A DNA stretch of 14,993 nucleotides from Nitrososphaerota archaeon (GTDB taxonomy: Archaea > Thermoproteota > Nitrososphaeria > Nitrososphaerales > UBA57). Made by a program: the position numbers and the translations under genes. Location: contig JACAFS010000025.1 in assembly GCA_013378385.1 (NCBI GenBank), positions 1-14,993 on the forward strand. The letters run 5' to 3'. This document shows, in pieces, positions 7,766-14,055 of the stretch. The notes under the pieces were generated by a model that saw nothing but the letters and a program-made list of their open reading frames with translations, did no database searches and was not told the origin of the DNA. Each line of letters begins with the position of its first letter. Position 1 is the first letter of the stretch.

Positions 7766-9055
7766 ATGTCAACTGGATCAAAAGTATATATCGAAACTTA
7801 TGGATGCAGTGCAAGTTTTTCTGATTCAGAAATTTGCGCTGGTCAATTATCTCAAGCAGGATATTCAATTGTAGATAATCCTAAAGATTCTGACATAAAT
7901 GTTATTGTTACTTGTACTGTTAAAACTGCAACTGCAAATCGTATGTCTCATAGAATTAAAAAACTCTCTGAAAATAATTCTGCTTTGGTTGTTGCTGGAT
8001 GTATGCCCAAAACACAAGCAAAAGAAATTAAAAAACTTAATCCAAACGCTAGCTTAATGGGTCCTGATTCTATAGATCAGATTACTGATATAGTCAATTC
8101 TACTCTTAATGGCACTCCTCTTATTCAATTAGGTAAATCTACTAAACCTAAGGTATTACTTCCAAAAATTAGAATTAATCCTGTAATTGATATTGTCGAA
8201 ATTGGAACTGGTTGTTTAAGTTCTTGTACTTTTTGTCAGGTCAAAATTGCAAAAGGTACATTGATTAGTTATCCTCCTCACGCTATAGTGGAACAAATTC
8301 AAAAGTCTACTGATTCGGGCTGTAGAGAAATATGGTTAACTTCTACTGATAATGGATGTTATGGAATGGATATGTCAATGGATCTTGCTGATTTATTGAC
8401 ATCCGTTGTCGATATTCAAAATAATTTCCTTGTTCGCGTTGGAATGATGAATCCGATGCACACAAAAAAGAAATTTCATAAATTATTCAATATCTTTTCA
8501 CATGATAAAATCTATAAATTCCTACACATTCCTGTTCAATCAGGCAATAATCGTGTTCTAAAATCTATGCTCAGAGGTCATTCTAGAGAAGATTATATCC
8601 TTATGTGTTCAAGTTTTCGTGAAAAGTTTCCATTATCATCTATTGCAACTGATATAATTGTTGGTTATCCTACTGAATCTGACGAAGAATTTCGTGATAC
8701 AGTTGAGCTAATCAAATCTACGCAACCTGATGTTGTTAATCTCTCTAAATACGGCGCACGCCCTGGAACCAAAGCAATAGAGATGGAACAAGTTCCTAAT
8801 TCTACAATTAATGCAAGATCAAAATCGTTGACATCAATCATAAAAGAAATTTCCTTGGAACGTAATAAAAAATGGCTTGATTGGACTGGAAATTGCCTTG
8901 TAAATGAAAACGGTAAAATTGACGGCACAATGATTGGTAGAAATTTCGCGTACAGGCCTATTGTTTTAAAAAATTCTGACGTTGTTTTGGGCAATCATTA
9001 TGATGTAAAAATTGTTGAAGCAAAATCTACCTACCTTGTTGGTGAAATTTTATAA
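7766..9055 (+). CDS. Archaeal/eukaryotic-type MiaB-like radical-SAM methylthiotransferase (MtaB/CDKAL1-like, ms2t6A37 class)
   Basis: UPF0004 N-domain (VYIETYGCSASFSDSE), radical-SAM CxxxCxxC (GCLSSCTFCQV), and a C-terminal TRAM-like domain (HYDVKIVEAKSTYLVGEIL). Confidence 0.9.
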   Translation: MSTGSKVYIETYGCSASFSDSEICAGQLSQAGYSIVDNPKDSDINVIVTCTVKTATANRMSHRIKKLSENNSALVVAGCMPKTQAKEIKKLNPNASLMGPDSIDQITDIVNSTLNGTPLIQLGKSTKPKVLLPKIRINPVIDIVEIGTGCLSSCTFCQVKIAKGTLISYPPHAIVEQIQKSTDSGCREIWLTSTDNGCYGMDMSMDLADLLTSVVDIQNNFLVRVGMMNPMHTKKKFHKLFNIFSHDKIYKFLHIPVQSGNNRVLKSMLRGHSREDYILMCSSFREKFPLSSIATDIIVGYPTESDEEFRDTVELIKSTQPDVVNLSKYGARPGTKAIEMEQVPNSTINARSKSLTSIIKEISLERNKKWLDWTGNCLVNENGKIDGTMIGRNFAYRPIVLKNSDVVLGNHYDVKIVEAKSTYLVGEIL

Positions 9056-9058
9056 TGA

Positions 9059-9161
9059 TAGCCCGGGGCAGATTCGAACTGCCGTCACCGCCTTTCTTCA
9101 TCTTCCAAAGGGCGATATGCTTGACCGCTACACTCGATGGACTTACATCCTCCACCGGGCT
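9059..9161 (-). tRNA. tRNA-Gln (anticodon UUG, plus-strand caa at 9106-9108) interrupted by two introns: 19 nt at 9133-9151 (mature position 10/11) and 11 nt at 9094-9104 (canonical 37/38). No encoded CCA.
   Basis: GC-rich island. Perfect 7-bp acceptor stem AGCCCGG/CCGGGCT with discriminator A, T-arm GGCAG-TTCGAAT-CTGCC, D-arm GTGT-AGCGGTCAA-GCAT, and anticodon stem TCGCC/GGCGG. Removing the two inserts leaves a 73-nt cloverleaf. Confidence 0.85.
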
Positions 9162-9176
9162 AAACCGGGCATAGTA

Positions 9177-10265
9177 TCATTTTCGTGATAGTTCTTGATT
9201 AAGTTTTGCCCTCATTAAAACATCTAATCTATCTACTATAACTCGAATTGGGTCTTCCATTCCTGCTCTAATTCTTCCTGCTCGCATTTTTATCTGCTTT
9301 TTCATTTTAGGATCTCTTAAGAAATTTTTTGATACACGAATTACTCCATCTATATCTCTTGGTTTAGTTAGAAGACCTTTTGAAACTAAATATCTTTCTA
9401 CAAAATAACTTCCACTAAAGAATGATATTGCAGGCGTACCCATTAGTGCAGCTTCTGCAGTCATTGTTCCTCCAAGTCCGATAAATAAATCAGATTGTTG
9501 AAGCAGCGCAACTCCATCTACTATGTCATTAGGAACGATAACTCTTCCTTTGAATTTTTTCAATACTGCATCTACCTGTTCAGAATATCTACAAAGAATT
9601 ACAATATTTTGATTCCTAAATTCCTCAATTAGTCTTTGAATTAATGCAAATTCATGTGTGTATGTGTCATTTTTAATGTATGCTGCGAAACTCTCTTCTA
9701 ATCTTAATGATATTGTAGTCTTTGATTTATCAATATTCAATCCTAAATGAAATTTTTCTGATAAATCTTTTCGTGATAACCAAACAAATGGATCTAAAGC
9801 TTTGTATGATTCTATTTTACTTCTTTCAATTCCATACACTGTCCATGATTTTTCAGGAACTATCCATGGAGTTAACAAACAATCAGCTAAAGGAATGGTT
9901 AATTTTGATACAGCTTCTGCATGCGGTGAGTCACTCACACATATGTTTATTATTCCTAATCCAAACGCTACTCTTCCTGCTTCTGGCGAACTAAAAGATA
10001 CAAGAGCATCTGGCTTGTCCTCTTCAAAATATTCTAACAAAAGTTTACTTCTCTCTAAACTTGCACTTAATTTATTTTTTAATTCTTTGCCTCCATGACT
10101 TCCAATAAATACTGCATCTATCTGTCTTTTCCGACAAATTAGCTCTGCTTCTCTATACCTGCGTGAAGTTACCACTACTTCGTCTCCTCTCTCCTTAAGC
10201 GCGTCAATCAAAGGCTCGAAAAACAACGCTTGTTTCGGTGTTAATATGTCAATCCAAACTCTCAT
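9177..10265 (-). CDS. DUF354-family protein (archaeal, GT-B / epimerase-like fold, function unestablished)
   Basis: The N-terminus MRVWIDILTPKQALFFEPLIDALKERGDEVVVTSRRY matches the characteristic start of DUF354 proteins as I recall them (MxIWIDI.....HF.P.I..L..RGHEV..TAR). About 360 aa, with a C-terminal Gly-rich GLGGTMTAEAALMGTP segment typical of GT-B-type nucleotide-sugar enzymes. Confidence 0.7.
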   Translation of the reverse strand: MRVWIDILTPKQALFFEPLIDALKERGDEVVVTSRRYREAELICRKRQIDAVFIGSHGGKELKNKLSASLERSKLLLEYFEEDKPDALVSFSSPEAGRVAFGLGIINICVSDSPHAEAVSKLTIPLADCLLTPWIVPEKSWTVYGIERSKIESYKALDPFVWLSRKDLSEKFHLGLNIDKSKTTISLRLEESFAAYIKNDTYTHEFALIQRLIEEFRNQNIVILCRYSEQVDAVLKKFKGRVIVPNDIVDGVALLQQSDLFIGLGGTMTAEAALMGTPAISFFSGSYFVERYLVSKGLLTKPRDIDGVIRVSKNFLRDPKMKKQIKMRAGRIRAGMEDPIRVIVDRLDVLMRAKLNQELSRK

Positions 10266-10296
10266 GTCTTAATGTAGTATATCATCATAATTCCCC

Positions 10297-10311
10297 GATA
10301 TAACTTTTTTT
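10297..10311 (-). promoter_or_regulatory. Candidate promoter for the DUF354 gene: minus strand reads AAAAAAAGTTATATC (A-tract plus TATA-like GTTATATC)
   Basis: The TATA-like element is centred about 35 nt upstream of the ATG at 10265, implying a leader of about 9 nt. Motif-level evidence only. Confidence 0.3.
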
Positions 10312-10347
10312 AACCAATTATAATGATCTGACCGTCATTCTGATAAT

Positions 10348-10360
10348 TTATTAATATAAA
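10348..10360 (+). promoter_or_regulatory. Candidate TATA element TTTATTAATATAAA-type for the 10376 gene (leaderless or near-leaderless)
   Basis: An AT-only box lies about 20-28 nt upstream of the ATG at 10376. The track's TTG at 10367 would fall too close to or upstream of the predicted start site. Confidence 0.3.
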
Positions 10361-10375
10361 AATTGCTTGTATAAT

Positions 10376-11539
10376 ATGACCTTGGAGAATGATGATTCTG
10401 TTTTAGTTTATGGCCTTAGCACAGAAGGTTATATTCTATCTAATTCACTTGTTTCAAATTCTATTCGTACTACCATTCTTGATGAAAAATTACACGTAGC
10501 TACTGAAATAACTCCTCAAATCTTGTCTGAATATCCCACTGCACGATCTATAATTGAGGAAGAAGCTCTTTTCAGCATTCAACCTGAAAAAAACGCAATT
10601 AGCGAGAATCCTATAATCTTCTTTACTCCTAAACTCCGTGAAACTGACGATTATAAGAAAAAAATCTTCTCAATGGTTTCGGAACTTTCTACTGAACTCT
10701 CTAAAGGCGCTGTGTTTTTTAATTGTGTTCCATTAGGCTATGGGCAAAACTCTGAAATGATTGAGATTATAGAAAGAAGTAGCGGTCTTAATTCTGAAAC
10801 CGATTTCATCTATTCATATATCCCTCTTGAACCAAAAACTAACAAATCTATTACCTTTGGTACACATAATCTTGATAACAAAAAAATTGTACAGAATCTT
10901 GCAAAGAGTGCCAATATTAAATTCACACAAACATACGACTTGGAAATATCGGAAATACTACATCTGGAAAAAATCTCTTCTCTATATTCTCCAATTATTG
11001 CTAAATCTGAATCATTAAAAAAAATTAAAGATTATGATAAACGTAAAGTATTAAAAAATGAAATTTACTATATTGAAGATCTTACAAACCACCTCTCTGA
11101 CATACGTTGTTATACTTCATCTCTGGATTCAGGCGATCCATCTCTATACATGATGTCTGGTATATTGAGAAGTATTGATTCGTTTACTCGCTTTTTTATC
11201 GACGAACTTAAATCTTTTATGAAAAAGAATTCCCTTAAAGCAAGTAAAACAGAAATTTATTTATGCTGGTCAATAGATAAATCTGAAATTCGCGGCGATA
11301 AAGCTATTATGCATGAACATATCATCGATAAAATTTATGATGTTGTTGGAAACATTAACGATATCAATGATTATGCAACAACCAAAAATGGTCAAGCCAG
11401 TTATTATTTACCCACTAGCGATAAAAAACAATTATTGATATTGTGCTCAAAAAATGACGAAAAAATATTAAAAACCTTCAAAAGAAATCTAGATGACAAT
11501 ATGTTTTTAATTCACGCTAATACTTTATGTACTAGGTAA
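10376..11539 (+). CDS. Divergent protein resembling the UDP-glucose/GDP-mannose (nucleotide-sugar) dehydrogenase family, but with degenerate cofactor and catalytic motifs
   Basis: Length and segment order resemble the family. VLVYGLSTEGYILSNSL sits where IxVIGLGYVGLPxA lies. IIFFTPKL resembles VPTP. KGAVFFNCVPLGYGQN resembles the STVPPGTT segment. DFIYSYIPLEP resembles the YSPER segment. GxGxxG is not intact and I cannot find a GGxCxxKD-type catalytic Cys motif. The coding call is solid (387 aa, operon context), but the homology call is by eye only. Confidence 0.5.
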   Translation: MTLENDDSVLVYGLSTEGYILSNSLVSNSIRTTILDEKLHVATEITPQILSEYPTARSIIEEEALFSIQPEKNAISENPIIFFTPKLRETDDYKKKIFSMVSELSTELSKGAVFFNCVPLGYGQNSEMIEIIERSSGLNSETDFIYSYIPLEPKTNKSITFGTHNLDNKKIVQNLAKSANIKFTQTYDLEISEILHLEKISSLYSPIIAKSESLKKIKDYDKRKVLKNEIYYIEDLTNHLSDIRCYTSSLDSGDPSLYMMSGILRSIDSFTRFFIDELKSFMKKNSLKASKTEIYLCWSIDKSEIRGDKAIMHEHIIDKIYDVVGNINDINDYATTKNGQASYYLPTSDKKQLLILCSKNDEKILKTFKRNLDDNMFLIHANTLCTR

Positions 11540-11544
11540 TTATT

Positions 11545-11553
11545 AAGAGGAAA
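11545..11553 (+). promoter_or_regulatory. Shine-Dalgarno-like AAGAGGAAA upstream of the TTG start at 11562
   Basis: The GAGG core ends 11 nt before the TTG. An in-frame stop at 11544-11546 leaves TTG as the only plausible start ahead of the N-terminal Rossmann motif. Confidence 0.3.
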
Positions 11554-11561
11554 TATCTATA

Positions 11562-12521
11562 TTGAAAGCAGCTGTTGTAGGTACAGGATCTTGGGGAAAA
11601 CATCATCTTCGTGTACTAAATGATTTAGGTCATCTTGATTCGTTTGTTGAAATGGATAATGAACGTAGGATATTTTATGAAAAAAAATATTCAATAAAAG
11701 GGTTTTCTAATATTAACGAGCTTGTTAACGATCACGACGTTGATATTGTGAATATCTGTACTCCAACAATTACTCACTTTGAAATTGCTAAAACTACGTT
11801 ATCTAATGGGATATCTACATTAGTAGAAAAACCACTTACCTATTCATCCTCTCAAGGCGAAGAATTAGTTAATCTTGCTCGTGATAACAAAGCTGCTCTT
11901 ACTGTTGGTTTTGTAGAGAGATTTAATCCTATTATCATTGATATTAAGAAAAACCTTCAAAAACAAACTTTTGGAGATCCTTTATTGATTGAATTCCAAC
12001 GCGAAAATCGATGGGCCGGTGTTACAAAAGATATAGGCGTTATTCTGGATTCTTCTGTTCATGACATTGATGGAGCTAGATGGCTGTTTAATGAAGAACC
12101 CAATGTAGTATTTGCACGAACTGGTAATGTCTTAAATCCTAAAGCTACTGGATTTGTTGGTACTGATTATGAGGATTTTGCTACTATAATTCTTGGGTTT
12201 AAAAATGGAAAAACTGCCATAATAATTGCAAATTGGATTACTCCATATAAAGTTCGACGGATATCTGTTACTTGTACTGATGGTAATCTATCAGGAGATT
12301 ATATGTCACAAGAAATTAGACAAGACGACGGTACTTCTGTTACTATTCCTACTCGAAAATATGAAGAACCATTGGTAAATGAATTGACTAGCTTTATTCA
12401 TGCAGTTGAGTCTAATACCTCGCCTGTAGTTACTGGTTTGGACGGATTGAATACTATTAAAATCGCAGAAGCTGCAATAACATCTGCTAAACGTGGTTCT
12501 CCAATTTATTTAGACTTGTGA
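11562..12521 (+). CDS. Gfo/Idh/MocA-family NAD(P)-dependent oxidoreductase, possibly a nucleotide-sugar 3-dehydrogenase (WbpB-like role)
   Basis: N-terminal Rossmann AAVVGTGSWGKHH, the conserved EKP motif (STLVEKPL), and GFVERFNP, in 319 aa. The specific substrate is inferred from neighbours only. Confidence 0.85.
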   Translation: MKAAVVGTGSWGKHHLRVLNDLGHLDSFVEMDNERRIFYEKKYSIKGFSNINELVNDHDVDIVNICTPTITHFEIAKTTLSNGISTLVEKPLTYSSSQGEELVNLARDNKAALTVGFVERFNPIIIDIKKNLQKQTFGDPLLIEFQRENRWAGVTKDIGVILDSSVHDIDGARWLFNEEPNVVFARTGNVLNPKATGFVGTDYEDFATIILGFKNGKTAIIIANWITPYKVRRISVTCTDGNLSGDYMSQEIRQDDGTSVTIPTRKYEEPLVNELTSFIHAVESNTSPVVTGLDGLNTIKIAEAAITSAKRGSPIYLDL

Positions 12522-12527
12522 TCAACA

Positions 12528-12821
12528 ATGAAGAAACAACTTATGAATATTCTAATATGCCCTTTTGATAAATATGCCGATCTTGATTTAATTGAATTTG
12601 AAACCAATAATTCTAACGTCAACTCCGGTATTCTTTATTGCACTAAATGTATTCGATATTATCCAATAATCAACGGTATACCTATAATGGTTCCTGATAA
12701 TCAAAGGAATCTTATTTATGAATATAATTTCCTATCTAAATGGACTAATAAAATACCTGAAAAAATAAAATCTAATAGCATGCCATTTAATATTAATCAA
12801 ATCCATAGTGAATTGTCATGA
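12528..12821 (+). CDS. Trm112-like / UPF0434-like small zinc-ribbon-fold protein with a C-terminal extension of about 40 aa
   Basis: LMNILICPFDK...LYCTKCIRYYPIINGIPIMVPD matches the Trm112p-family pattern (L..L.CP....L......L.C..C...YPI.dGIP.ml.d). Only 3 of the 4 possible zinc Cys residues are present. Its stop overlaps the next gene's start in an ATGA. Confidence 0.7.
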   Translation: MKKQLMNILICPFDKYADLDLIEFETNNSNVNSGILYCTKCIRYYPIINGIPIMVPDNQRNLIYEYNFLSKWTNKIPEKIKSNSMPFNINQIHSELS

Positions 12822-13327
12822 GTAACAACGAATCTAATATTTCTACCTCTGCATTTGTCGGCAAACAAGTAAAGTTAGGTAGTAATGTCAAAATCTGGAA
12901 CATGGCTTATATCGGCACTAATACAGAAATTGGCGATAATGTAATTATCGGTTCACTTGCACATGTTGATTATGATGTAAAAATTGGTTCTAATACAAAA
13001 ATTGAAGGACTCGTATACATTGCTCCTAAATGTATTATTGGCAAAAACGTGTTTATTGGACCTTCTGCAACACTGACCAATGACCCATACCCTCCAAGTA
13101 CTAAACTTGTAGGCGTATGCATAGAAGACAATGCAGTGATTGGCGCTAGGGCTGTGATAAAAGCTGGTGTTACAATAGGAAAGAATAGTGTTGTGGCAAT
13201 GGGTTCTATAGTTACGAAGGATGTTCCTCCAGATACTGTAGTTGTTGGTTCTCCCGCAAAAATTGTTTATACTAGAGCTAAATACGATGAAAAAATGAAA
13301 GATTGGGAAGTAAGTTCTAAATATTAG
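12818..13327 (+). CDS. Left-handed beta-helix (hexapeptide-repeat) acetyltransferase, likely an amino-sugar N-acetyltransferase (WbpD/WlbB-like role)
   Basis: Repeated [LIV]G-x4 hexapeptide pattern throughout (KLGSNVKI, EIGDNVIIG, KIGSNTKIE, IIGKNVFIG, VIGARAVI, TIGKNSVVA), ending in VVVGSPAKIV. Confidence 0.85.
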   Translation: MSNNESNISTSAFVGKQVKLGSNVKIWNMAYIGTNTEIGDNVIIGSLAHVDYDVKIGSNTKIEGLVYIAPKCIIGKNVFIGPSATLTNDPYPPSTKLVGVCIEDNAVIGARAVIKAGVTIGKNSVVAMGSIVTKDVPPDTVVVGSPAKIVYTRAKYDEKMKDWEVSSKY

Positions 13328-13345
13328 TTCTAATCTCTAATTATT

Positions 13346-13816
13346 ATGACTAATGTAGGTTCTAATATCCCAAGTTTTGAATTACCTGACGCAGATGGCA
13401 AGTTTGTAAATATATCTGAATTTAAAGGTAAAAACATCGTTCTGGTATTCTATCCGGCGGCATTTACCGGAGTTTGTAAAACTGAACTTTGCCACTTTCG
13501 TGACGATTTGTCTAAATTTTCTAATATGGACGCCGAAGTTATTGGTATAAGTGTTGATTATCCATTTAGTGTAAAAGAATTTTCTACAACAAACAATATT
13601 AATTTCTTACTTCTATGCGATTATAATAAAACAGTAATTAAACAATTTGATATAGAATTCTCAGATTTTTTCAATTTAGAAGGATATACTGTCGCAAAAA
13701 GATCCGTGTTTATTGTGGATAAAGCAGGAATTATTCAATACAAATGGATTGCTGATGATCCTGGCCAAGAACCTGATTACACTGAAATTGATTCTAAAAT
13801 ATCTTCAATGAACTAA
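13346..13816 (+). CDS. bcp: Peroxiredoxin, Bcp/PrxQ-type (AhpC/TSA family)
   Basis: FELPDADGKFVNISEFKGKNIVLVFYPAAFTGVCKTELC contains the PxxxTxxC peroxidatic motif, with a second Cys five residues later as in atypical 2-Cys Bcp proteins. Confidence 0.9.
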   Translation: MTNVGSNIPSFELPDADGKFVNISEFKGKNIVLVFYPAAFTGVCKTELCHFRDDLSKFSNMDAEVIGISVDYPFSVKEFSTTNNINFLLLCDYNKTVIKQFDIEFSDFFNLEGYTVAKRSVFIVDKAGIIQYKWIADDPGQEPDYTEIDSKISSMN

Positions 13817-14055
13817 TTTATTTTTTTTAATTTCTTTTTTAAATATCTAGTAATCATCTTCTGTATAATAACAACCCAAATCAAAAACAAAATAAAACTT
13901 GTTATTAATTTAATAATTACAATTAATATTTCTCCGAACTCGAATGTAAATGGATTCTCTAATGGTACTATTATAGTAAAAATTATCGCCGCTATTACAA
14001 ACACTAATAAAAATGCAGAAACTACAATAAAAACCAAATCTAATATGTTTTTCAT
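13813..14055 (-). CDS. Small (80 aa) two-TM membrane protein with a Lys-rich tail, unknown function
   Basis: Two long hydrophobic segments separated by PLENPFTFEFGE. Its ATG (14053-14055) directly abuts the stop codon (14056-14058) of the upstream GT4 gene, suggesting translational coupling. I recognise no family. Confidence 0.5.
   Translation of the reverse strand: MKNILDLVFIVVSAFLLVFVIAAIIFTIIVPLENPFTFEFGEILIVIIKLITSFILFLIWVVIIQKMITRYLKKKLKKIN
13817..13828 (+). terminator. Oligo-T tract (TTTATTTTTTTT) immediately after the bcp stop, a candidate archaeal intrinsic terminator
   Basis: A T8 run starts 5 nt after the TAA at 13814-13816. The same bases encode the Lys-rich C-terminus (KKLKKIN) of the convergent minus-strand gene. 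Confidence 0.4.

Noticed and set aside
8665-8994. 109-aa minus-strand ORF inside the MtaB gene
   Set aside because: It is antisense to a gene with radical-SAM and TRAM motifs and has no independent support.
9094-9110. Alternative excision registers in the anticodon region that would give anticodon UUA (ochre suppressor), UGA or AGA (Ser)
   Set aside because: Only the registers leaving CTTTGGA (anticodon UUG, purine at position 37) put the cut at or next to the canonical 37/38 position and fit the 3-nt bulge plus 4-bp helix geometry. The tRNA has a 4-nt variable region, which is incompatible with tRNA-Ser, and a Gln-like body.
9722-10098. 90-aa and 98-aa plus-strand ORFs inside the DUF354 gene
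   Set aside because: They are antisense to a full-length 362-aa ORF with a characteristic family N-terminus. They overlap each other in different frames, as random shadow ORFs do.
10322-10345. AATGATCTGACCGTCATTCTGA in the divergent intergenic region: a C/D-box-like ATGA...CTGA pattern and a possible 5-bp hairpin (AATGA/TCATT)
   Set aside because: It is too short for a C/D sRNA, with no canonical RUGAUGA C box, no C'/D' pair and no guide-length spacing. The hairpin is weak and AT-rich. Other ATGATGA strings (6482, 10387, minus strand about 10281) lack a properly spaced CTGA.
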